A stretch of DNA of 64,000 bases. Origin: Carcharhinus longimanus. Lineage: Eukaryota. The stretch is from contig JASCQW010000148.1 in the NCBI GenBank assembly GCA_030264375.1, positions 21,471,262 through 21,535,261 on the forward strand, read 5' to 3'. Position numbers and translations under genes: made by a program. Shown here one piece after another: positions 22,191-32,971 of the stretch. The notes beneath the pieces were generated by a model that saw nothing but the letters and a program-made list of their open reading frames with translations, had not been told where the DNA came from and ran no database searches. Within the stretch, counting starts at the first letter, position 1; every line of letters begins with the position of its first letter.

Positions 22191-24224
22191 GAACAACTCA
22201 TCTGATGTAGTCTAAAATTAAGATGTTAGCAATTCAGTGCATAATAATATATTGGTTTTCAGCACAAAAAAAACACAATTTTAGCTTGCAAAATTTTAAC
22301 TTGCTCAATGTAAAAATACTGTAACTTATATGAATTAATTATTTAGATGTTTTAATTTCAATTATGAGATTTTATTTGTGTAAAGAAATATAGAGCTGCT
22401 CTTGTATAAATATTTCTACACAAGTTCTATGCTAAATTCTGTTCCTCTGTTGAATTTGTGCATCTAGTTTGTTAATAAAATGAACTCCCTTCATTGGTCT
22501 CAGTATAGTGGCCCCTTGGAGGCAAAATATCTTTGATGGAATTGAAAGAGATTAATAATTACCCCTTGATGAATATTCATAATGACTAGATACTTAGGGC
22601 AAAATTTACACCAAGTGATTTTCTGTTTGTTTCCTGTGAGGTTTTGATGGGTCACTCTATATGTCACATTGCAGTTGAACAAAGGTGACCTTTACTGACA
22701 TTCAGTTTACATGTATTTTTCTTAGTTAATTTTTATGCAGTTATATGAATAGGAAAATTATATTGCATTATTTAACAAAATTCATAGACTCATGTGGGGA
22801 GATGTTGAACGAATAAAATTTTACCATACCCTGCAAGGATGAAGCTGTATTCTGTATAATTTCAAATATGTGGTGTTATATGCTTGAAATCCAATGTGAA
22901 ATAGCTATATAGAGTTTTTGGGGGGGCAGTTTTACTAAGCTAGATTGTGCTTTATTTGCTTGCTGGAGGAGCCACAATAGCATTTGATGGGAAAAAGTTC
23001 CTGCATTTTGACCCATGCAATTTGAGCTACAGTAAAGCATGTCCTTTTCACTGCATTTTACACGGACTGACGTTTTTTATGCACTTATCTGTCTGTTTTT
23101 GTGCATCTGTGTAGATATACATGTATTATAAATAATCGATCCCATCATATTACATATGAAGAATTGATTAAGATCAAATGCCTTGAAGTGAAGTAGATTA
23201 AGTGTTATTTTCTATTATTTTTAAATAATATTTTGGTTTTATATTATAACAGTTTAATAACAAAAATGCCAATTTTAGAAGTAGACTTTGTTAAAACAGA
23301 AGTTTTAAAGCAGTAATGGCTAAGGAATTGGGATGAAAAACCAGATGCTATGGCACCACTGCTTTCAATTACATATGATTGCAAAATGACAAATTTACAC
23401 AGGCAGTTTCAATTATAAATGTGTGGGTAGGAAATTCTTCAGGTAGAAATTGGCACGAATGTGTGACAATCTGTCAACAGGAACTTAAGGTTTTGTGTAT
23501 GGGAAATGTGCGCATACAAGAATTTTAATTTCTTCTCAGCGTTTAAAATATTTAAAATAGCATGATGTTTTTAGGTCATACCACACTGTCTGTGTCATGC
23601 TTCCATCATCATTCTTCATGTCATGCTTTTCTCATCAGACTCGATTGGCTCAAAATATATGCCTTGAAATAGCAACAAATCAAAACTCGGTTAGCTGTAA
23701 GAAATTTCTACCAGTGAAAACAGAAAATCAGGTCATCAAATTGCTCAATATTTTTCTAGTTTTTCTATTAACCACTATTTTTTTCTTCAGACAAACCCAT
23801 GACACACACTTCAAAATTTGTAACGTAACAAAGATGTAAACAGTGACATATTTGCAATATTCATAACTAAACTTGGCTGCAAAATTACCTTAGTTAATGC
23901 TTTACTTGAAGGATTCGGCCTCTTTCAATAACCTAAGCATCGATTTTGAGACTCATTTCAGAGAACTATCCTTCCATGAACTGAAAAGGGGCAAGTGCAA
24001 AGCTTGTACCTGTAATTCCCAAAATACTCAACCTGTCTCGTGGCCATAACAGTAATAATGCGTTTGTTTTTTAAAACCACTTGGAACACGAGTCTTAAAT
24101 TTGTCATCACAGCTATTTAAGTGTGCTTGCTTTTGCTTGGGAGAGGTCAGCAGATCGAAAGTGTAAATGGTATTGTTTCTGTCCTTCCTTTGTTCATATT
24201 GGAAATTTTAAAAGATTTTTGCTT

Positions 24225-25103
24225 TTTTTTATTTGCTCACGGAATGTGGGCATCGCTGGGTAGGCCAGCATTCATTACCCATCCTTAATTGCCCTTAATG
24301 AAGTGGTGGTAAGCCACTGCCTTTAACTGCTGCAATCCATGTGGTGTAGGTACACTCACAGTATTGTTAGGAAGGGAGTTTGATCATGTAATGGTGTAGG
24401 AACAGTGTTGTAATTCCAAGTAAAGATGGTGTGTGGGTTGGAGGGGAACCCACAGGTATTGATGTTCCCATGCATCTGATTCCCTTGTTCTTCTATGTGG
24501 TAGAGGTTGTGGGCTTGGAAGGTGCTGTTCAAGGAGCCTTGCTGAGTTGCTCCAATGCATTTTGTAGATGGTACACACTGCTGCCATTGTGTATCAGAGG
24601 TGGATGTTTAATGTGGTGGATGGGGTGCCAATCAAACAGGCTGCTTTGTCCTAGATGGTGTTGAGCTTCTTGAATGTTGTTTGAGCGGCAATCATCCATC
24701 CAAGTGGCGAATATTCCATTACATTGCTGACTTGTGCCTTGTAGCTAGCGGACAGGCTTCGGGGAGACAATTACTAGCTGTAGAATACCCAACCTCTGAC
24801 CTGTTATTAGAGCGACTGTATTTTTAAGGCTAGTCCAGTTCAGTTTCTAGTCAGTGATAACCCCCAGGATGTTGATAGTGGGGGATTCAGCAATGCTAAT
24901 GCAGTTGAAAGTCAAGGGGCGATTGTTAGATTCTCTCTCGTTGGAGATATTAATTGTCTGTCACTTGTGTGGCACGAATGTTATTTGCCATTTATTAGCC
25001 CAGTCCTGAATATTGACCAGCTCTTGCTGCTTATAGACACAGACTGCTTAAATATGTGCTGATTGGTGAATCATCAGCAAACATCCCCACGTCTGACCTT
25101 ATT
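24225..25103 (-). mobile_element. CR1/L2-superfamily LINE (second family) 3' ~0.9 kb
   Basis: Minus strand VGMFADD (near 25070-25090), MEYSPL.W, AAVCTIYKMHWSNSARLLEQHLP. The 3' tail is shared with the SINE at 5951. Confidence 0.85.
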
Positions 25104-25346
25104 GTAGTGGCACATATTTGCTTGCAGAATTTATTTGTTCATGGAGCAATGGTGTATGTTTATATATTGTTCAGTTGTATTGGGTATTAATAAATGTTTT
25201 TCAAAAAATCAATTCTAAATGCTTCACATGAGCAGAACTCCTACAAGTGTCTCCCATGTTATTTCACCTCAGTGTGCACCTTTCCCATCAGCATGATCTC
25301 AGCCCCTGTCAGAATAACATCTCTGGAAGGCTGATATTATATAAAG

Positions 25347-25635
25347 ACTGCTGCCTCTCAGCACCAGGGACTTGGGTTCAACTCCAGCCTTGGGTGACTG
25401 TCTGTGGACTTTGCCCGTTTTCCCTGTGTCTTTGTGGGTTTCCTCTGGGTGCTCTGGTTTCCTCCCATAATGCAAAAGATATGTTGGTTGTGTGCATTGG
25501 CCTTGCTAAAGTCTCCTTCAATGTACCCGAACAGGCACCAGAGTGTGGCAACGAGGGGATTTTCACAGTAACTTATTGCTGTGTCAATGCAAGCCTACTT
25601 GTGACACTAATGAATAAAATTAAACTTTAAAAAAA
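25347..25635 (+). mobile_element. V-SINE with Rex1-like tail
   Basis: B-box gggttcaactcc, V-domain and tail ttttcacagtaac...gcctacttgtgacactaatgaataaa. Confidence 0.9.
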
Positions 25636-25734
25636 GCCCCAAAATTTTAATAAGGGCCAAGATGTAATCTAGGTATTATTTGAGTTGCAGACCAGAAACT
25701 TTTGTGATGTCTAGTTCCCACAAGATTCTGTCTT

Positions 25735-26024
25735 GTGGCACAGTGGTTAGCATTGCTACCTCAGTGCTGAGGGCCCTGGTTCGATTTCCGGCTTGAGTCA
25801 GTGTGTGGAATCTGCACGTTCTCCCCGTGTCTGCATGGGTTTCCTCCGGGTGCTCCGGTTTCCTTCCACAGTCTGAAAGACGTGCTGGTTAGGTGCATTG
25901 GCCATACTAAATCCTCCAGTGTACCTGAACAGGCACCGGAGTGTGGCGACTAGGGGGTTTTCACAGTAACATTGCAGTGTTAATGTAAGCCTACTTGTGA
26001 CACTAATGAATAAACTTTAAAAAA
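25735..26024 (+). mobile_element. V-SINE with Rex1-like tail, full length
   Basis: A-box tggcacagtgg, B-box ggttcgatttcc, V-domain tgcacgttctccccgtgtctgcatgggtttcctccgggtgctccggtttcc and tail ...cttgtgacactaatgaataaactttaaa. Confidence 0.95.
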
Positions 26025-27024
26025 CTAACCTGTATTTAGCTGCAGCCATTTTCTGATGAAGGGTGGTCATGTATGCTTGTTCCACCCACTGCTTTTGTGA
26101 AAAGTCTTGTTTGACTGGGGCAAATGTAGATGATCGAAAAGGATATTGCAGGAGTCCAACTTGTAGACTTGTATGTATAATGGCACTAGTTTTAAATGCT
26201 CAGGCACATGTACTTTTTTTTGTGCTGCTGTATCAAATAACAAAATGGTTAAAGTTGAAATAGGTATTTGCATCTATTCAGAAGTTGGTTTTGACTTGCA
26301 TCTTTAATAACCAATAGGGAGGAGCACCCATACTTAGAGGATGCTAAAATGATTTGAGGACCTGACATGATACTTGAGATTGTCATAAAGTCCAGACTGA
26401 AAGATAAATGTTTCTTTTATCATTTGAACTCTGTAGTACTGCTGTTAATCTTTGAAGATCCACAATTGCTTTGTTTAAAAATACCTTTGTTGGAAGTATT
26501 TTGATGGGAAGTGGAAGTTAATTTGTGGCTTACATTTATGTTGAGTTGACATATGGTCTCCCTGATACTATTGTCCAATTAAAGTACAGTAATTCCAAGT
26601 GACAAAAAAACTTCCACGATATTAGACAGGATATTAGAGTCTACCAGAGTTTCAAACAGTGCAGGCTTGGAAGACTACAATGCTAACTTAGAAAATATAC
26701 TCCTACCCTTATTAAATATCTGCCTGCAATTCATTCTCCAAGCCTGTATTTATTAAATGTACAAGGCATTCCTTCCTTTGCCCAGATCCCTTCCTCTCTT
26801 CAATTTCAAATTAGATAGCGCCCGGCACCATTTCAGGACTGTTGGTGAAACAATTAGTATGAAACATTTGGGCGTGTAACCTCACAAATCTAAGAGAACA
26901 ATGGTCATTTAACTGAAAGGTATAAAAAATATAGATAAAGGATGGACATCATCTGAATGAAGATTTAGCTTAATATTGCAACAAAACTGCTTGTAAGGCA
27001 ATAGTAAATTGGACTGTTTCATTA

Positions 27025-27228
27025 TAAAAGCAAAATGCTGCGGATGCTGGAAACCTGAAATCAGAATAGAAAATGTTGGAGCAAAACTCAGTAGGTCTGG
27101 CAGCATCCATAGAGAGAAAACAGAGTTAATGTTTCGAGTTCACATGACATCTTCAGAGCCCTTTATTCACTCACAATAAATGCTGCCGGACCTGCTGAGT
27201 TTTTTTCAGTATTTTAAGTTTTCATTTA
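27025..27228. mobile_element. Penelope-derived palindromic element with hammerhead core
   Basis: Inverted arms (aactcagtaggtctggcagcat / atgctgccggacctgctgagtt). The minus strand carries CTGAAGA...CTC-GAAAC-ATT at about 27128-27156. Confidence 0.8.
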
Positions 27229-28612
27229 TTGGTAACTGTCTAATTAAAAAAAACCATGCCTAAAATTATCAATGCTGCTGCTTTCAAAGTAGATTGACTG
27301 TGAATTGAATAATAGTGCATGAAGCTTTTTCATTTTAATTCAGTAACATTTTCAGGTGCTAAGTCTATAATTCTGTTCATACTAAATTTAGATCCATTCT
27401 GCTGTACCTTAATGCAGTGGGATATAGCTCATGGTTGTATGCTTCCATTTCGAAAAGTATGACCTGGAGTACCTCATAGTTAGATGCACAGTCGGCCTCT
27501 GTCCTTAAGATCACCAGTAGCATTATGCATAATGATGGGATGTTTTTGAATCAAACACCGTAAATGACAGTGATTGAACAGTCAGTGCCTTGTGTGTTTT
27601 GAGGCTTGCAGGAAATGCTGTCAACTTTTACAGATGTCTGGAGAGTATACCAAATCTCTTTAGTTTCATGGTCCATCACACAAGCTCCTAGCAGTCCTCT
27701 CTCTGGAGGCAGCTGTGGGCAAATTTTGCTATTAGTTTCAAAAGTATTGTTGCACAATCATCTTTATAATAATCTCAAGTGAAACAGTAGAATTTATAAT
27801 GTTGAAATTATTGCAACCAAAATGCACATGAAAGGTACACTGATTTAACGGTTATGAAACTAAATAGGACTTTTCAGCTCTTTTTGATTTATATGCCACT
27901 GTAAAAAGAATGCTCTGGTGTGATAAACAACAATATTAATGTATTAGCAATTACTATTGTGATTTTACCATATTTATGAAGTGACAGCATCTTTTTCTGA
28001 GATGTGCATGTTTTTTTTCCAATCAGAAAGCATATATCTCCCTCTATCATGGCTGTTAAAATAGAAAATCCTTTCCCGCTTAATTCATTTGGACTTGGAG
28101 AGCAAATATTCCCTCACTAATTCTTGATAAGCCTTGAAAATTATGTTTTCAACCCAACTATCCAGTGATTTAATTTTGGCGCTGAACCCTTCTCTCTCCT
28201 CTCTGTTACAAGAAGCATTTCAAGATGTATTTGCTTGACAGCGAACTTGAGTGGTTTGAGTGTTAGATACTAAAGAGGATACAGATTGTTAAACTGAAAA
28301 GAAGATGAGAGATGTTTACATTTGCAGACAATGGCATCAGCCTGTTTCTAACAGTGGGTAGATCGAGAGTCTCCAAAATTCCGCAAAAGCATTGAGAAGG
28401 TTGAGTTGTAAATGGCTGTGCATTAAATAGCCTACTTGCTTCTCAAGGATAGTTAATCAGCATTTCTATCTGGATACAGGCCCCGTGAGATTCATGTCAT
28501 GATGGACTTGGAGATGGGAAGGCTTCAGATGGAGCCATTGTGATACTGGGTTATCACTTTTCTCAGTTTATCACCAAATATTATTGCCATGGATGGATTA
28601 GTCTGCTAGAAT

Positions 28613-28629
28613 CAGAGAGAGAGAGAGAG
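28613..28629. repeat. short (GA)n microsatellite
   Basis: cagagagagagagagagc seen directly. Confidence 0.85.
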
Positions 28630-28892
28630 CTGCTAGAGGCTGCATGTCTCTATGGTTCACTGGGCTAGAATGCAGGTGGAAACTCTCACTCAGATTGAAA
28701 AGACCACATTTGTAAAGAGTTAAAGTAAAGCTGGAAGATGCACCTAGCTTGCATTAGAGGGAGAATCTCCACTAATATTCTCACCGAGAAGGACAGTCCT
28801 GGGGCTAAATGTTACCAGACAGAGAAAGGAAAACAACAGAAGTAAATCCTCAGAAGCCAAGTATCAGTTTGGACTGATCTTGAGAATTGAAA

Positions 28893-29119
28893 TGAAACAG
28901 TAGAATTTATAATATTGCACACAATTGAAAAAAACACTACTGAAAATGTTATTTTTGTGATTTGTTGGCTTAATTTTGTTTAGAAGTTGGAGATGCTTTC
29001 ACTGATGCATGGTGAGCTGAGGTCATGTGACATAAGCATGACTTCTGGGCCTAAACATTTCACCAACCATATGATATGCTGACAGCAAGTTGGCAACAAC
29101 CACCTTTATTCAGGGAGAT
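28893..29119 (+). repeat. local direct duplication, mosaic copy
   Basis: 28893-28913 is identical to 27780-27800, 28914-29098 closely matches 29681-29864, and 29099-29119 matches 30030-30050. Confidence 0.9.
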
Positions 29120-29680
29120 GTCTACTTCAAGCACAGTGTAACATCTATCAGTAAAGTGTAATTTTTTTTGATTCAGCTAAAAATAAGAAGGGTGGGTATT
29201 CCAATCTGTAGTTTGAAGTACAGGGTGTCTACAAAGACATTATTTGCTCAATAGCCTGTTTAGTGTTCTATTATAGTAAACATGCAATTTTGTGGCATTC
29301 CTTCAAATATTAACCAGAAGTTCATTTTTTTCAAGTTATCCCTCTTGTGGAGATTGTAACCCAGTGCATTGTCTTCTCTATAGTTGTATTGAAACTGTAA
29401 CCTACTTTCTGTAATATACAAAACCAGTAATTTTGAGTCAGCTCTTATAGGATTGTTTTTGATGTCTAATTAGAAACTGTTTTCATTTAAACGGAATTAA
29501 ATGTTAGGCAAAAAGGGCAAATTATACCCGGGTTTAAAGATTGCTGTCTATTATACATGATACCTATCTGCAGAGAACAAAATAATCATTTTGTGATTGC
29601 TGAAAAATTCTGCAGGACGGATCTTCTTTTTCCTCAAACATTGCTGTGTTTCAAATTTAAAATCTGCACAAGTCAACTAC

Positions 29681-30050
29681 ATTGCACACAACTGAAAAAT
29701 AAAAACAGTTCTGAATTTCTGTGATTTGTTGGCTTAATTTTTTTTTAGAAGTTGGAGATGCTTTCACGGATGCGTGGTGAGCTGAGGTCATGTGACATAA
29801 GCATGACTTCTGGGTCCCAAATATTTCACCAACCATATGATATGCTGACAGCAAGTTGGCAACACTTGGCATATAAAATTGTTTGGCAACCTACCCTTGT
29901 ACCCCTGTTTCATATATCCTTGAAAAACACTTGAGAACTACAGCAAAGCCAGCTACAAAGCTGCGTGTCATCTTCCACCATATTACTCATTTTTAATGCC
30001 TTGCAAACAATACAGGATTTATTACAGACAACACCTTTATTCAGGGAGAT
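29681..30050 (+). repeat. local direct duplication, longer copy
   Basis: Shares tagaagttggagatgctttcac...gaggtcatgtgacataagcatgacttctggg...catatgatatgctgacagcaagttggcaaca with 28914-29098 and has 165 extra bp. Confidence 0.9.
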
Positions 30051-30891
30051 ATGGAGAATAAGCACTTGCTTGTAATTCATTTCATTGCAGTATTATGAGA
30101 AATGAAGTATGGTCATTTATTTTTACAATCCGGTGAAACTACATAAAATGCTATTACTCCTTACTATATAGCATGAAATGGTGAATCTTTCATACTGGTC
30201 ACGTGACATGTAGGTTTCAGTGGTGCTGACTGCCAAAATACATTATAGTGAATCATGGATGTACAAACTGGGTTAAGTCAGAAAGCAAAAGTTGTTTGTA
30301 ACCATGTTTCATTACAAAGGGATGGTTTTACCTGTACTGATAATATCAGAGACACTTTGTAATGAAAAGATTTGTTTATCTCAAATTTGCATTTGTCTAT
30401 TTGTTGGTTTGTACTGAAATTCCTTTGCTGTAATGCTGAGATGCCTGATCATTATCCTATTTGCTGTGCACATGTCAGTTACTTAGGCTACAGTAACTGA
30501 CCCAGAAGATTCAGTCCTGATATTGAAGATAGAGCTTAATTATCTGACAGAGACCGAATAGTGTTTTAATCAGTGTGAAGCTTCCTATTTCAGCCTAACA
30601 CATGTTGGATTATTCACTGTATTTAGGCCAGAGTGAATGATTTTTAACGTTTCTTTTGGAGATGTATGTTTTTACTGTTTATTCTAATTATTTTAATTTA
30701 TTGTTGAGTTTAATGTACCTTAATTGCTTATTCAAATTCAAAAATCACGAGATAGTAACATCAATCAGACGATTTCATTTCACATGAACTCCATAGGAAG
30801 CAATCTACTTCATTATGAGAGACAGTTTCTGCTTGGAATGTTAATTTAATGATGTTTGATTTGATGAGAATTTTTTCTTTATCTCTTCCAG

Positions 30892-30992
30892 TTAACAGCC
30901 TGCATCCACGGGTCGGCAGCTATGCTATATCCGATGTTTTGGCAACATGTTTACATTCCTGTCCTCCCTCCTCACTTATTGGACTACTGCTG
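30892..30992 (+). CDS. DENND1A: internal coding exon of DENN domain-containing protein 1 (connecdenn, Rab35 GEF), central DENN module
   Basis: 101 nt between the acceptor ttttttctttatctcttccag and the donor gtaag. Translates [33 protein letters not shown]+TG, near-identical to vertebrate DENND1 as recalled. AAML/QHVY favour 1A over 1B (AALL/QHIY). Confidence 0.93.
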
Positions 30993-31174
30993 GTAAGATG
31001 TTAAGCAAATTTAAATGACAGAAGAATTGAAAAGAATACTCACATAAATGCTACCTGCATGCTTGAGCAGAAAGACAAAAATTTTATTGCAAAGCAAATA
31101 TTGCTTTACTCTACTAGCCCCTTGGCATTTGACATTTGGGAAGATCAGCATGAAGCTATACAATGGCCCAGCCT

Positions 31175-31815
31175 TGATGGGGAATTGGAGGGGTGGGGTG
31201 GGGAGTTAGAAATTACAAAATGGGAAAATCGACCCCAACCCAGTGTGTGTCTGTGATTGTTTACAATTATACGTTGGTAGATTCATGTCATCCTTGGAAA
31301 TGTGGGACACTTCATATTTAAATCAAACTCTTACGGTGCATTTAGGAACCTGGGTTCACTTTTTTAAGAGTTGCCACGCAAGTTCCTCAGTTCATGCGAA
31401 AACCCTATAGTGAAAGGAAAGTGGAAACCATTGGCTGAAGAATGTAAGTGGATTTTGCAGCAATCCTTCCAGCCCAGGGAGAGTAAGAGTGCTCCCTCTC
31501 GACCCTTGAGCAAGTCTTCAACAACCCCTCTGCCAGTTGTGGCCTTTTTCCCTCCAACTGCCTCACCTGTCCAGTCCTGGCATCTCATTTGCTCCCTGGT
31601 GGCCAATTCCCCATTCACCTTAATCTGATCGCTCACTCCCATGATGGTCAGGACCAACCCCAAGGGTCTGCTGCAGCCTCTTGACGCAGGTTTTTCCATC
31701 TGCCAGGCAGCCAAACAGCTTGAGTTTCTGTCATGTTGGCATACAGAAGAATTATAAAGACGTCCTGCCATTAATTACAGTAGAACCTTCCTATGCCTTC
31801 CCCAACTCCCCACAG
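31175..31815. mobile_element. old GC-richer interspersed repeat remnant (possibly non-autonomous DNA transposon)
   Basis: Abrupt GC increase with G-rich left and C-rich right ends. No coding motif recognised. Confidence 0.3.
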
Positions 31816-32194
31816 GTATTGTAAAAAAAAAAGTCTATCTTAATCCATAATTTTTGTTTGAAGAAGGAAAATCTGAAAAATAGCATAAAATTTGTACTCA
31901 TACAAAAATGTTATTCTGTCTGTGGAAAAAAGGGTCCTGAGATGATCTAATAGTAGTGGTGCATACAAGCTAATCTCAGTCTGTAAATATAACCTATGAT
32001 TCATCTATTTATTTCACTTTGTGTAATGGTTTTGTCCTATTTAATAACAAAGAAATGTTGTAAGTGACCAACCACAGTTATTCATGCTTTAACACTACTA
32101 CTCAAGTGGAAGACACAGATGACAATAGAAGAAATTGCATCCTTTCTTTATAGCAAATATATTTAACATGCCTTAAAAAAACCCACCTAGGATT

Positions 32195-32295
32195 ACATAG
32201 GATATGCAGCACAGAAACAGGCCATTTGGCCCAGCCTGTCCATGCAGCGTTAATGCTCTATTTGAGGCTCCTTCTATCTTTCTTAAATCTATTAA
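32195..32295 (-). mobile_element. CR1 3'UTR fragment
   Basis: acataggatatgcagcacagaaacaggccatttggcccagc is a reverse-complemented CR1 tail. Confidence 0.6.
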
Positions 32296-32439
32296 CGTGG
32301 CTGTATAGATTTGAAATAAAAGCAGTGCAGAAACTTAATGAAATGTTGCTCCAGCCAGTGAGAAGCATACCCCTCACCCATTTAGATTTGCTTTTCTTGG
32401 CAGGTTTTTTTCTTCTGTCAAGCAGCAGCTGTTCATCAT

Positions 32440-32765
32440 TCTGCTGCTCCTCTCTAGAAATGTCCTTTGTTTCTTTACTTGTCCCATTATCGTTCACTTT
32501 GGCCTTGCACAACCATTCCATTTATCATTTAACATCTCTTGTTTTTCACCCCTTTTCAGACTATTCCTTTTGTTCTATTTCTGCTCCCCTCTTCCTTCCT
32601 TGAAATCTATTACAGTNNNNNNNNNNNNNNNNNNTGATGAAAGCTCGTTGACCTGAAGTATTAACTCTAATTCTGTCTTTGCAGATGCTGCCTGAGCTGC
32701 TGAGTATTTCCAACATTGTCTGTTTTAATTTCAGATTTACGTCATCCATAGTATTTTGGTTTTTG
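32440..32765 (+). mobile_element. Penelope-derived terminal repeat with hammerhead-like core (N gap inside)
   Basis: Pyrimidine-rich tract, then tgatga-aagctcgttgacct-gaagtatta, then gcagatgctgcctgagctgctgagtatttccaacatt. Confidence 0.7.
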
Positions 32766-32768
32766 TCC

Positions 32769-32971
32769 TGTACTGGGTGATTTACTAGGCTGCAGTTGGG
32801 ACCAAAGAACATACAAAGTCATGAATTGCTGTAGCTGAACAGGGACATTAATTCCACAGCTGTGCGCTCTGAGGCTTAATACAAGACTGAGCCTAAAGCC
32901 TACCCTTGACTGGTAACATCACCAGTGCTCACGTGACTCACCTCTTAAAGGGACATTGTCCCCACATAACA
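32769..32971 (-). mobile_element. possible solo LTR
   Basis: TGT...ACA ends about 200 bp apart. The minus strand starts tgttatgtgggg, a common Gypsy LTR start. Confidence 0.4.

Noticed and set aside
22500-22530. CTCF-like motif tagtggccccttggaggc, and ccagcaggtgccct at about 44623
   Set aside because: Only partial matches by eye, with spacing or core mismatches. Not supportable without a PWM score.
25735-25810. tRNA-like A/B boxes as tRNA genes
   Set aside because: They are SINE heads continuing into the V-domain, with no complete cloverleaf.
26050-26075. Isolated ctgatga motif as a hammerhead or C/D-box snoRNA (also about 59503)
   Set aside because: No downstream helix II plus GAAA, and no terminal stem with a D box.
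1-30891. Upstream DENND1 exon (EYFVAVDVNNML...)
   Set aside because: Manual scanning found no matching codons. It probably lies outside the window, though an N gap or an oversight cannot be excluded.
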